From positions 1 to 49,699 of the forward strand of contig CAZSVY010000157.1 of the NCBI GenBank assembly GCA_964610495.1: a stretch of DNA of 49,699 nt. The letters run 5' to 3'. This DNA comes from an uncultured Methanosarcinales archaeon. Its GTDB lineage: Archaea > Halobacteriota > Methanosarcinia > Methanosarcinales > Methanosarcinaceae. Below, in pieces: positions 40,205-49,685 of this stretch; the stretch's first letter is position 1; each line of letters begins with the position of its first letter. Position numbers and translations under genes: made by a program. The notes under the pieces were generated by a model that was not told the origin of the DNA, did no database searches, and saw only the letters and a list, made by a program, of their open reading frames with translations.

Positions 40205-40320
40205 TTCTAATCGATCCAATAACACTTGAGTAAAATTTTTCTTAATCAAAGTTGAATTGGCGAATCCCTGCGAGCAACAGGGTAGATAACAGAAATCAAA
40301 AACCGAAAAAAGTAAAAACA

Positions 40321-40352
40321 GAAAAAAGTAGGCCAACCGGCCTTACTTTTCT
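40321..40352. terminator. Bidirectional hairpin between convergent genes
   Basis: AAAAGTAGGCC-AACC-GGCCTTACTTTT. Confidence 0.6.
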
Positions 40353-40368
40353 TTGAGAAGTACTGTAC

Positions 40369-41655
40369 TTATTTTGCGAGGTTGTAGCTCTGGTTGACGA
40401 TCTTCAGAGCGCAGTAATTGCCGCACATTGTGCAGGCGTCTGTGTCTTCGGGTGCCCTGCTGGCCCTGACTGCTCTTGCATGTTCGGGGTCGATTGCAAG
40501 GGAGTACATCTTTTCCCAGTCAAGTTCTCTTCTTGCTCTGCCCATCGCGAGGTCCTGTTCTCTTGCTCTGTCCGGGTACTTTACCATATCCCCTACGTGA
40601 GCTGCAATCCTTGAGGTCTTGACCCCAGTGATGACATCTTCAAGGTTTGGAAGAGCAAGGTGCTCTGCAGGAGTAACGTAGCAGAGGAAGTCGCAGCCAT
40701 AAGATGCAGATACAGATGCTCCGATTGCGGTCACTATGTGATCATAGCCGGGTGCAATATCAGTTACAAGCGGGCCGAGCATGTAGAAGGGCTTGTGGCC
40801 GCTCATTTCCTTCATGAGTCTTACGTTGGTCGCGATCTGGTCGAGAGGGACGTGACCCGGGCCTTCGACAATGACTTGCAGACCCTGTTTGTGGGCTTTA
40901 TCGGCCAGTTCGGCATTGATGATGAGTTCCTGAATCTGGGCACGGTCAGTTGCGTCGTGGACTGCACCTGCACGCATCCCATTTCCTGTAGAGAGCACAA
41001 CTTCGTGTTCCTTGAGGATTTCAATGAGGTAGTCGAAGTTTGCATAAAGCGGGTTTTCCTTTTCATTGTGGAGCATCCAAGAAGTCATGAAGGCACCACC
41101 ACGAGAACAGAGACCACCGTACCTGCCGTGGGCTTTAAGCCGGTCCATAGTGATATTGTTGATTCCTGTATGGATTGCCATGAAATTGGTCCCGAGCTTT
41201 GCCTGGTCTTCGGTCGCTTTGAAGAGTTCGTCTTCGGTCATATGCACGATTGAGCCGTATTTCCTTGCAGCCTCAATGAAAGCCTGGTACAGAGGTACTG
41301 AACCGACTGAAAGGGAAATGCTGTCAATAACCTTTTTCCTGATTGCGAGGAAGTCTCCACCAGTTCCGAGCTCCATAAGGGTGTCTGCACCTGCGGCTTC
41401 AGCAGCCTGGGCTTTTTTAACTTCCATATCTGCATCAACGATATCTGACGATACACCGATGGATGCATTGACCTTGGTCCTGAGTCCTTCTCCGATACCA
41501 CAGAGCTTTACCTGCCTGTATGGGGAGGTTGGAATAACGATTCTTCCGGCTGCAATACCACGGCGGACGAACTCAGGGTCAAGCCCTTCATCCTTTGCAA
41601 CAATCTTCATTTCTTCAGTAATAATCCCTTTTTGTGCATCTTCCACGATTGTCAT
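40369..41655 (-). CDS. thiC: Phosphomethylpyrimidine synthase (ThiC/Bza family radical SAM)
   Basis: TKVNASIG, SRGG, EGPGH.P, LGPLVTDIAPGYDH, CYVTPAEHL and CTMCG..CA motifs. A BzaF-type paralog is not excluded. Confidence 0.88.
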   Translation of the reverse strand: MTIVEDAQKGIITEEMKIVAKDEGLDPEFVRRGIAAGRIVIPTSPYRQVKLCGIGEGLRTKVNASIGVSSDIVDADMEVKKAQAAEAAGADTLMELGTGGDFLAIRKKVIDSISLSVGSVPLYQAFIEAARKYGSIVHMTEDELFKATEDQAKLGTNFMAIHTGINNITMDRLKAHGRYGGLCSRGGAFMTSWMLHNEKENPLYANFDYLIEILKEHEVVLSTGNGMRAGAVHDATDRAQIQELIINAELADKAHKQGLQVIVEGPGHVPLDQIATNVRLMKEMSGHKPFYMLGPLVTDIAPGYDHIVTAIGASVSASYGCDFLCYVTPAEHLALPNLEDVITGVKTSRIAAHVGDMVKYPDRAREQDLAMGRARRELDWEKMYSLAIDPEHARAVRASRAPEDTDACTMCGNYCALKIVNQSYNLAK

Positions 41656-42087
41656 ATTATTAACCTCAAGCTCTCTATTATCTGTAAGATTTGTCTGTAA
41701 GATTAAGCTGTAATTAAGGTAAGGGTGAGTTAGACCATAAAAGGCGCGTAATTATATATAACACTTTTTAAAAAATTAACTTTAACCTTAATCAAGTTTA
41801 CTTTACTTCGATGTCGATAGTTACTGAAAAATATAAGACGCGAGATTAAAATAAATGTTTTATAAATAATACTAAATTTCCTTTGAGTATAAAGCAAGTA
41901 AATTTGTTTTAGTGATTTTCGGAGAAGCTTGAAAAAATAGCAAAAATAAAAGTCGATTCGAGGAAATAAGGTACTGAAAAAATAGGGAAATCGTAAGAAA
42001 CCTGAATAAATGGAAAGAAGAAACCTGAATAAGTAGATACTGTAGAAAAATGAATAATAAAGAAAAAACCGCCTTCAAGAAATTTCC

Positions 42088-43005
42088 TTACTTCCTCTGT
42101 TTATTTAGTTCCATAATTAACTGGACGGTTTGCCTGTGGAGAGTTAAAATGAAATCGCTCAGGATTCCGAAGATAAACATCTGAAGGCCGAATATGATTA
42201 GCAGAGTTGTAAGAATGGAAAGCGGGATACGGGTGATTCCCTGGAGCCACTGGACTACCACAAAGGTTCCTGTAAACAGGCCTGCCAGAATAAAGATAGA
42301 GCCTATAATCCCAAAATAAAACATAGGATTGTGTACTTTTGCGAGCCTGTAAATGGTAGACCCGATTCTGAATCCGTCTTTTACCGGGTTTAGCTTGGTT
42401 GACCCTTTTTCACTTCTTGGAAGGTAGGTGATAGGGACTTCCTCGACCCTCTGCTTTTTAAGAATGCACTCCACAGAAATCTCGGTCTCGATTTCGAAAC
42501 CTGTTTTGTTAAGTTCAAGTTCCCTCATACTTTCGAGCGTAAACGCGCGGTAGCCTGAGAGAATATCTTTTAATTTCACTCCATATGCGACGTCAAAAAA
42601 CATGTTTATCAGATGGTTGCCCACAAGGTTGAGCTTCGTAAAAGCGCCAGGAGAGTAGTTCTCCAGCCGGTTGCCTATAACGTGGTCGGCCCGGCCTTCC
42701 AGAACAGGCTTGAGAAGAGAACGAGCCTCCCGCGCAAGATATGTCCCGTCACCATCAACCATTACTACGTAAGGGCTCTCGATAAGCCCGAAAGCCTGGA
42801 TCATTGCTTGCCCTTTACCCTTTCCGGTCTGCATGACAACTCTTGCGCCTTCAGCCTCTGCAATTTGCCCTGTGCCGTCCTTGCTGTTCCCATCGATTAC
42901 CAGAATGTTGGAAAAGCCTTCCTGCCTGAAGTCCTTGATAAGCTGCCCTATCGTTGTAGCTTCATTCAGCGTGGGAATAAGAATGCAAACATCTGCGCTG
43001 TTCAC
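42088..43005 (-). CDS. aglJ: GT2 dolichol-phosphate glycosyltransferase, AglJ-type
   Basis: IPTLNE, DGNSKDGT, GKG.A, DGDGTY, DILSGYR and FEIETE motifs; two C-terminal TM helices. Confidence 0.8.
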   Translation of the reverse strand: MNSADVCILIPTLNEATTIGQLIKDFRQEGFSNILVIDGNSKDGTGQIAEAEGARVVMQTGKGKGQAMIQAFGLIESPYVVMVDGDGTYLAREARSLLKPVLEGRADHVIGNRLENYSPGAFTKLNLVGNHLINMFFDVAYGVKLKDILSGYRAFTLESMRELELNKTGFEIETEISVECILKKQRVEEVPITYLPRSEKGSTKLNPVKDGFRIGSTIYRLAKVHNPMFYFGIIGSIFILAGLFTGTFVVVQWLQGITRIPLSILTTLLIIFGLQMFIFGILSDFILTLHRQTVQLIMELNKQRK

Positions 43006-43124
43006 GTTTCACACATATCCTTTGTCGGAACCTCTACGCGCGCCGCAGAATCCGTTTTATTGTAAAATTATATCAGTCACCTTATTTCCAAGAAAAGGGT
43101 ATTAATATAATAGATTGAGGGTTC

Positions 43125-43676
43125 TTATAAAAGCCCCATGTTGTCGAGCTGCTGGCGGACGACTTCGACGCCTCTCTCACAATCTTCAGGAGACTTGCCG
43201 CCTGTAACTACCAGTTTTCCGGAGCTGAAGATAAGCACAACTACTTTAGGTTCATCGATTCTGTACACAAGGCCAGGAAACTGCTCAGGCTCATACTCAA
43301 TGTTTTCGAGTCCAAGCCCTATTGCAATTGCATTGAGGTTCAAAATAGTATGCAGGTCTGCGGAAGCAACAATATTCTGGACAGTAATCTGGGGGTTCTC
43401 TATAGTCTTGATCCCGATACTGTTCAGCTTTTTCGCCATGTTACCTATAACGGTGTGTACATCGGCAACGTTTTTTGCCCCTGTACAGACAACCTTGCCG
43501 GAAGTAAAGACCAGGAACGCAGCTTTAGGATCTGAAACCCTGTAAACGAGCCCGGGGAACTTCTGCTTGTTGTACTCGGCTCCTTCGAACTCGGATTCGA
43601 TAACAGTTAAGTCGAATTCTTCAGCGAGTTTGGTAGACGCAACCACATTTTCGATCTTGATGCTAGATTCGCTCAT
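43125..43676 (-). CDS. tbp: TATA-box-binding protein
   Basis: Two repeats of N.VAS...FPGLVYR...F.SGK.V.TG. Confidence 0.97.
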   Translation of the reverse strand: MSESSIKIENVVASTKLAEEFDLTVIESEFEGAEYNKQKFPGLVYRVSDPKAAFLVFTSGKVVCTGAKNVADVHTVIGNMAKKLNSIGIKTIENPQITVQNIVASADLHTILNLNAIAIGLGLENIEYEPEQFPGLVYRIDEPKVVVLIFSSGKLVVTGGKSPEDCERGVEVVRQQLDNMGLL

Positions 43677-43687
43677 TAGTCAACCCT

Positions 43688-43775
43688 CAGTATATAAAGC
43701 AAAGGTAATATTCTCTAACCAGTATATAAAGCTATAGTTAAATACCCCGCATACTATATAAATGCTTATATATAG
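43688..43775 (-). promoter_or_regulatory. tbp promoter region with three TTTATATA boxes at 32-bp spacing
   Basis: TATATAAA on + at 43691, 43723 and 43755; the first two sit in an identical 13-mer, GCTTTATATACTG on the minus strand. Confidence 0.7.
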
Positions 43776-43860
43776 AATATAAACGCGATAGAAAAACTTA
43801 AATTCAGGGCGCCCGTAGTTCTAAAGAAATTGATATAGAAGAGAGGAATTAAATCCTCTT

Positions 43861-44985
43861 TCAGGCACCAGAGTTTTCAAATTTCTTAAGGCCTTCAAGA
43901 ATCGAATCATACTTGATACAGACTCTCCGGAGAAGATCGCCCTCAACACTACGGTGTGTAGGTATCAGGATCTGAGCCCCTTTTTCGATTTGAACCCCAC
44001 TTTTTGAAATCCCGTAGTCAGGAGCAATAAGAACTCCATCTGCGGAAATTCCGAGAGAAAGGTCGTTTATGATTCTTGAAACCATTTCGGTTGCTGGCTT
44101 TACCTTTTTTTCGATAAGTACAGCAGAAGAAACATATCTTTCCCTGATCTCTCTAATTTTCTTAATACTAATTTCCACAGTTTTGGAGTCCACTTCAGCG
44201 GGAAGTTCTTCAGCAAGTAAAGCAAGCGCTTCTATAAGGTCCTCAAAAGTTGTTGAATGCATTTCAAGGATTTCTCCGTCGCAATACTGCCGTACAATAT
44301 CAGAGTAGCCGGCCGAGATCACGACCACATCTGCCTCAAGCAGGCGGGAGATTTCCTCCTTGGAAGGCGAGTAGACATTGGCTACAAAGTATTCCCTGAT
44401 CCCGCACATGGTCATGAGAGATTCATACATGGGAGTCACGGCAATAGTCTTTTTTCCTATCCAGAGATTTATCTCACTCTGCCCGCCCTGAGATCTCAAA
44501 AGTTCAAGGATTTTCTCTTTTATGGCTTTCGGGTCATTTCTTTTAAGCCCGAAATAATCTGCAAAAAGAGGGGTCGTGGAAAGCTGCCTGCTTCTCCCGC
44601 AGGGCACGGACTCTACAAAGCCTCGCTCTATAAGATCCTTTATATGGTCATACGCTCCGCTTCCTCTCATATCGATGAGGTCTGACTGAAGCAGGGGCTG
44701 ATGATAAGCAATCATGGAAAGGGTGCGGAGTTTGGGGGCTGAAAGCTCTTTTGGGGCGACTTCCCGCATAAGTTCGGAGTATTCGGGCTTGACCTGCATG
44801 ACATATCGTTCCCCAAGATCAAGAACCTCGATCCCGGATCCCCGGGAAGAATAAGCCTCTGTCAACTCCTGTACTGCCGAAAGGACGGTTTTTTTGGGTT
44901 TTCCTGTGATTTTCGCAAGCTTTTCGAGGCTTACTGCCCTGCCAGCAGCAAAAAGCGCGGCTTCGATAATCTCAAGCTCACTCAT
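43861..44985 (-). CDS. scpB: SMC-Scp complex subunit ScpB with long C-terminal extension
   Basis: IEAALFAAG, LS...L.TL..IAY.QP, RG and TTPLFADYFGL motifs; about 190 extra residues. Confidence 0.9.
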   Translation of the reverse strand: MSELEIIEAALFAAGRAVSLEKLAKITGKPKKTVLSAVQELTEAYSSRGSGIEVLDLGERYVMQVKPEYSELMREVAPKELSAPKLRTLSMIAYHQPLLQSDLIDMRGSGAYDHIKDLIERGFVESVPCGRSRQLSTTPLFADYFGLKRNDPKAIKEKILELLRSQGGQSEINLWIGKKTIAVTPMYESLMTMCGIREYFVANVYSPSKEEISRLLEADVVVISAGYSDIVRQYCDGEILEMHSTTFEDLIEALALLAEELPAEVDSKTVEISIKKIREIRERYVSSAVLIEKKVKPATEMVSRIINDLSLGISADGVLIAPDYGISKSGVQIEKGAQILIPTHRSVEGDLLRRVCIKYDSILEGLKKFENSGA

Positions 44986-45084
44986 AAATCTCACTTCCAG
45001 AAAAAGAATAAAAGTATTCTTCAATCAGGCTAATTGGTAGTCAGGTGGGTTAATCAATGATTTTTAAGGGTTTTTGTTAATCGC

Positions 45085-45143
45085 AACATCTCAAGGTCAA
45101 ATAACATCCCAAGGGACAAGCAAGATCTCAAGGTGCAAATAAT
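45085..45143. repeat. Three degenerate ~18-20-bp direct repeats (ATCYCAAGG) between scpA and scpB
   Basis: ATCTCAAGGTCAAATAA / ATCCCAAGGGACAAG / ATCTCAAGGTGCAAATAA. Confidence 0.6.
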
Positions 45144-45145
45144 AT

Positions 45146-46165
45146 TCAGGGTATAATTATTTCAGGCCCTTCATCCGGATTTTCCTGCGAAGGCATTTTT
45201 CCTATAGAATCCGGTACTGGCGAGCCTTTAATTTGAGGTTTCGAAAGTTCGGCTTTCGATTTTAACTCTATCTCATGAAAAAGAGATGGGTTAGCTTCTG
45301 TGGAAAAACCGGATTTCTCTCCCGGATAGATATATAATTCCTCGAAAAGTTCATTCTGGAAAAGCCAGATCTTCCTGTTTGAAGCAAGGAAAAGAAGAGA
45401 AAGATAATCCATAATCCTGTCTTCACTTGTTTCCAGGAAGCTGGAAAAGACTACTACAGGCTGCTTCGTAAATAGTTCGGCAAGCCTTGCCCATATAAGG
45501 GCCAGTCGCGAGCTGATGGTTTCTTCGTGTGCAATCCCAAGCACGTCCCCGGTAGTAAGCTGGAGGCGAAGAGCAGGTTCTTCTGAAACCTTGCTGGCTT
45601 TCTTTTCGTTTTTTCTGGAGAGACTTTTTTCGGCTTTTTTGAGTTCAAGAATAAGTTCGTTGAGTGTGACCGGCCTTGTCGAAACCCGGCGGACAGGAAG
45701 CTTCGGAACGGGAAATTCCTCAGGCTCAGGAAAATCGGGATCGTCAGGAAAATCCGATTCAAACGCATCTATCTCTTCCTCCTCTACCTCAAGGATTACC
45801 GAAGATTTCATGCGCAGGAGAATAGCAGAATAAAGAAGAGTCCTTGAGGAAATTCTCAGGTCCATCTGTTTGAGCTCTTCTACCCTTCCCAGGAAACTAT
45901 CAGTAAGCTGTACGATATCTATATCCCAGGGATCGACCCTTCCGCCCCGTGCGAGCTCTACCAGTATGCCCAGAGGTTCATAGGTTTCAAATTCTGAGAT
46001 ATCAAGCAGGTTCCAATCAATTCCAAGGCATGAAAGAGTAGCTGGCAGCCCATAAGTTTCGGGATCCGCAAAAAGAGAATCGCTTTCATCGGATTCACGA
46101 ACCGTGCGAGCCTGAAGTCGCGGAACTTCAAGCACTGCCCCTGTATTATCCATAAGTTCAGCCAT
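45146..46165 (-). CDS. scpA: Segregation and condensation protein A (kleisin)
   Basis: G.VDPWDIDIV.LTD.FL, ILLRMKS, RPVTLNELI..L and LLFLA...I.L.Q.ELF motifs; overlaps the smc stop. Confidence 0.92.
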   Translation of the reverse strand: MAELMDNTGAVLEVPRLQARTVRESDESDSLFADPETYGLPATLSCLGIDWNLLDISEFETYEPLGILVELARGGRVDPWDIDIVQLTDSFLGRVEELKQMDLRISSRTLLYSAILLRMKSSVILEVEEEEIDAFESDFPDDPDFPEPEEFPVPKLPVRRVSTRPVTLNELILELKKAEKSLSRKNEKKASKVSEEPALRLQLTTGDVLGIAHEETISSRLALIWARLAELFTKQPVVVFSSFLETSEDRIMDYLSLLFLASNRKIWLFQNELFEELYIYPGEKSGFSTEANPSLFHEIELKSKAELSKPQIKGSPVPDSIGKMPSQENPDEGPEIIIP

Positions 46166-49100
46166 TAAGCTTCACTCCGGTAATGCTCGTGAAATTATTT
46201 TCCTGCATCGTAACCCCTATTGTCCTGGCTGCGGCCTGAATCATCGGTTTTCTTAAGGAAACAACGATAAACTGGACTTTCGATCCTGAGGTTTTAACGC
46301 GCCTTGAAACTCTTTCCACATTCCAGCCGTCCAGAAACATATCAATCTCGTCAAAAGCATAGAAGGGAGCAGGACGGTATTGCTGGATCGCGAAAATGAA
46401 AGCAAGTGCTGTAAGGCTTTTTTCTCCTCCGGACATCGCTTCGATTCTCTGGAGAGTTTTTTCCTTTGGCTGCGCCCGAAGAGTCATCCCTCCTGCAAAA
46501 GGGTCATCAGGATCTTCAAGTAAGAGCTCGCCCATGCCGTCAGAAAGCTCATGGAAAATCTCCCTGAAATTGGCATTGATGTTTGTATAGGCTTCCATAA
46601 AGGCGTCTCGCTTTAATTGCTCATACTGGTCAATGCGCTCAAGGAGCTGCTCTCTTTCGGTAAAGAGAGTGTCCCGTTTTCCCTGCAGATCCGAAAGCCT
46701 GAGTTCTACCTCGTTGTACTCTTCAATTGCTCGCATGTTCACGGGCTCAAGCCGCCTGAGGGCTTCATCTATTGCCTGAATCCTCATGTAAACAGTTTCG
46801 TAATTCGGAACCTCGTCAGTCTCCTCTATGCCTCTTCTGAGAATTTCTTCGACGAACTGCTTTTCCTGGTCAAAAAGCGCATTTCTCGTAGCTGTGAGCG
46901 TAAGCACCTGTTGCCTTGCCTTTTCAAGGGTGGTTGAGGCAATACTTACCCTGCGCTTGACAGCACCGTGTTCGGCCTGAACAGTTTCTCGCTCTTTCTG
47001 GAGCCCTTTAAGCTCATCCGAAAGTTCGAGCTCCCTGGCTTTCTTTTCCTCGAGTATTTCCTCAAATTCTCTTATTTTTATCTTCAGAGAGTTAACTTTC
47101 TCCAGTCTTGAAGCTTTCTTTTCATCAAGCTCCCGGATAAGTTCCTTCGCTTCGGCAATTTTTTGTTCGGCATACTCTTTTTCAAGCTGCAGGGCGTTCA
47201 GGGTGGCTTCAGTATCCCGGATTCGGCCATCAAGCCGGCGGAGTTCCTCATCAACGAATTCTATCTTTTTATTAATTTCAGGCAGTGGAGAGTCAGCAAG
47301 CTTTACTTCGAGTCCGGAAATCTGCACCTCAAGTTCGGATACAGCCTTTTCCTTATCGGTCTTTTCCGCAATCACCCTGTCCATTTCAGCCCTGAGCTCG
47401 GTTCTGGATACCTCGATTGCTTTGAGGTCGGCCTGTTTAGCTTCAAGAAGCTCGGCAAGTTTTGCTTCCCGGCCTGCGATTTCCTCAAGCTGGCGCTCCT
47501 TTCTTGAGATCGTAGCCTCACAGTCCCGAATTTTCCGGCTTAACTCGAAAAGGTGGCTTTCAATGCTATCCTGTTTGCTTATGGCTGCATTCCGGCTTGC
47601 ATCCAGGGACCTGATCTCCTCTGCAAGTTCAAGCAGTTTATCTTTTTCTGCAGCCGCAAAGGAAATTCCCGATTTAGAGGAGATCGACCCTCCTACCATT
47701 GCTCCACTCTTTTCCAGAAGTTCGCCTTCAAGGGTGACCATTCTTGCCTTTCCCATGAGGCGGCGGGCACTTGCAAGGTTTTCCATAACCAGGGTATCCT
47801 GAAAAACATACCAGAAGGCAGGCTCAAAATCGGAATCAAATTCAATAAGGTCAATTGCATACCCTATTACTCCATTTTCATAACTCAGGCTTTCAAGCCG
47901 CCTGGATTCTTTCATTTTGTTGAGGGGAAGGAAAGTAGCTCGCCCTCCTTTTCTGCGCTTCAGGTATTCGATTGCTTCGGCAGCATCGGCGTCCGTATCC
48001 ACAACAATCGCCTGCATCCGATTTCCTGCAGCAATCTCCAGAGCTGTTGAGTATTGCCTGTCCACTTTTCCAAGCTGGGCGATGGTCCCATGAATTCCGA
48101 AGAGGTCTTTCTGCCTTGCAGCCCCTATTACCATCTCCACAGCCCTGGAATAGCCTCCTCCCTGTTCCGATGCCCGCACTCTTGCTTCCGTGATTGCATA
48201 TTCCTGCTGGAGACTGTGAAGCCTGCTCTCAAGTTTCCTGATATCCTCTTTTATCCGGAAATGACTGCTTTCGATGTCATCGCGGTCTCGGATAAGGGAT
48301 TCCAGGTTTTCGGAAAGCTTTTCAAGCTCGTACCTGACAGAAAGCGTGTCACTGTCCGAAGTAGTAACCGCGGCTTCGGCATCCCTGATCTGGTTTTCTA
48401 TATCCCGGAGTTCCGAAGACTTTCTCCTGAGGGTATCGAGGAGCCGATCTTCGGTTCGGATGAGCTCGTTTTTCTCGTTTTTCACATCCTCAAGCTTCTT
48501 CCTGGCAGCCATGAGCTCATCACGTGTAGCAGCAAATTTTGCGTCCACATCCGCAATCTTGCTCTGGAGCAGCATACGTTCGGTTTTGCGCTCGGAAAGC
48601 TCTGAAGAGAGACTGTCCTTTCTCAGGTTTTCGGCTTCGATTTTTTCTTCGAGCTCCCTGACCTTTCCCTTGGTGGAATCAATCTCTACAAAAGCTTTCC
48701 TGCGCCTTGAGTCAGCTTCCTCAAGTTCGGATTCCGAAATCTCGATACTGTCTACACAGCGGGAAATCTCTCCCCTGGTCTCTTCGATTTCCCTCTTAAC
48801 CTGAAGCTGTTCATCCTCTCCTTTTTTCCGGATTTCAAGGGAAAGCTCTTCGAGGGCTTCTTCAAGGGCCTGAAGTTCCTGTGTTCTCTCGTTCAGGAGG
48901 AGCTGGACTTTTTCAAGATGCTCTTCCTTTCCTGCAAGTTCTTTATCCACATTCAGCAGCTCAGCCCTTGCGTCCTTGAGCTTCGAAAGCAGGACATATC
49001 CTTCGAATTTGACTTTTTCAGCCTTAAGTGCCTGGTATTTTAAGGCCTGGTCGCGTTCCCCGGCCAGTTTTCCCAGCTGGGTGCGTACTTCTTCAAGGAT

Positions 49101-49685
49101 GATATCCACACGCTCGATTTGCTGTCTTACATATTCAAGTTCCCCAAGCGCCTTTTGCTTGCGTTCATCAAATTCTGCAACCCCCGCGATTTCGTCGATA
49201 ATCTTTCTTCTTTCCACAGAGGTCATTGAGATGATCTGCGTAACATCTCCCTGCATAACTACATTGTACCCTTCAGGCGTTACCCCGGCTTTCGCAAGCT
49301 GGGAATGGATTTCTCCAAGACTTACGGCTTTTCCGTTGAAATAAAAATAGCTGTAGTACCCGCTTTTTGTTCGCCGAACTTTTCTTGAGACTTCAACCTC
49401 GTCAAGTTCCAGGGGTAACTTGCGGTCAGAATTGTCAAAACGAATCGTAACCTGGGCAAAATCAGGCTTTTTTGCCGCATCGCCATTGTAAATCAGATCA
49501 GTAAGTTTTTCAGCCCGAAGAGTCCTTGAACTGGTAAGCCCGAGTGCAAAGAGAATCCCGTCTATTATGTTAGACTTTCCACTCCCATTAGGGCCGGAAA
49601 TCGTGGTAAAGCCGTTATAAAAGGAAATCTTTACTTTTTTTCCGAAGGACTTAAAATTAACAAATTCAATCTCTTTTATATACAC
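46158..49685 (-). CDS. smc: Chromosome segregation protein SMC
   Basis: NFKSF, GPNGSGKSN, Q-loop VMQGD, hinge GRATFLPL, MSGGEKS, FDEID; GTG start with GAGG upstream. Confidence 0.98.
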   Translation of the reverse strand: MYIKEIEFVNFKSFGKKVKISFYNGFTTISGPNGSGKSNIIDGILFALGLTSSRTLRAEKLTDLIYNGDAAKKPDFAQVTIRFDNSDRKLPLELDEVEVSRKVRRTKSGYYSYFYFNGKAVSLGEIHSQLAKAGVTPEGYNVVMQGDVTQIISMTSVERRKIIDEIAGVAEFDERKQKALGELEYVRQQIERVDIILEEVRTQLGKLAGERDQALKYQALKAEKVKFEGYVLLSKLKDARAELLNVDKELAGKEEHLEKVQLLLNERTQELQALEEALEELSLEIRKKGEDEQLQVKREIEETRGEISRCVDSIEISESELEEADSRRRKAFVEIDSTKGKVRELEEKIEAENLRKDSLSSELSERKTERMLLQSKIADVDAKFAATRDELMAARKKLEDVKNEKNELIRTEDRLLDTLRRKSSELRDIENQIRDAEAAVTTSDSDTLSVRYELEKLSENLESLIRDRDDIESSHFRIKEDIRKLESRLHSLQQEYAITEARVRASEQGGGYSRAVEMVIGAARQKDLFGIHGTIAQLGKVDRQYSTALEIAAGNRMQAIVVDTDADAAEAIEYLKRRKGGRATFLPLNKMKESRRLESLSYENGVIGYAIDLIEFDSDFEPAFWYVFQDTLVMENLASARRLMGKARMVTLEGELLEKSGAMVGGSISSKSGISFAAAEKDKLLELAEEIRSLDASRNAAISKQDSIESHLFELSRKIRDCEATISRKERQLEEIAGREAKLAELLEAKQADLKAIEVSRTELRAEMDRVIAEKTDKEKAVSELEVQISGLEVKLADSPLPEINKKIEFVDEELRRLDGRIRDTEATLNALQLEKEYAEQKIAEAKELIRELDEKKASRLEKVNSLKIKIREFEEILEEKKARELELSDELKGLQKERETVQAEHGAVKRRVSIASTTLEKARQQVLTLTATRNALFDQEKQFVEEILRRGIEETDEVPNYETVYMRIQAIDEALRRLEPVNMRAIEEYNEVELRLSDLQGKRDTLFTEREQLLERIDQYEQLKRDAFMEAYTNINANFREIFHELSDGMGELLLEDPDDPFAGGMTLRAQPKEKTLQRIEAMSGGEKSLTALAFIFAIQQYRPAPFYAFDEIDMFLDGWNVERVSRRVKTSGSKVQFIVVSLRKPMIQAAARTIGVTMQENNFTSITGVKLNG

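Noticed and set aside
41940-42075. A-rich degenerate repeats (GAAACCTGAATAA) and similar short duplications near 8915, 35905 and 45085
   Set aside because: They look like ordinary slippage-derived intergenic repeats with no sign of function.
46396-49344. Long antisense ORFs over smc (similarly over pan, cbiH, thiC and ftsZ)
   Set aside because: Shadow frames of real genes, with low-complexity Ser/Phe/Leu-rich translations and no motifs.
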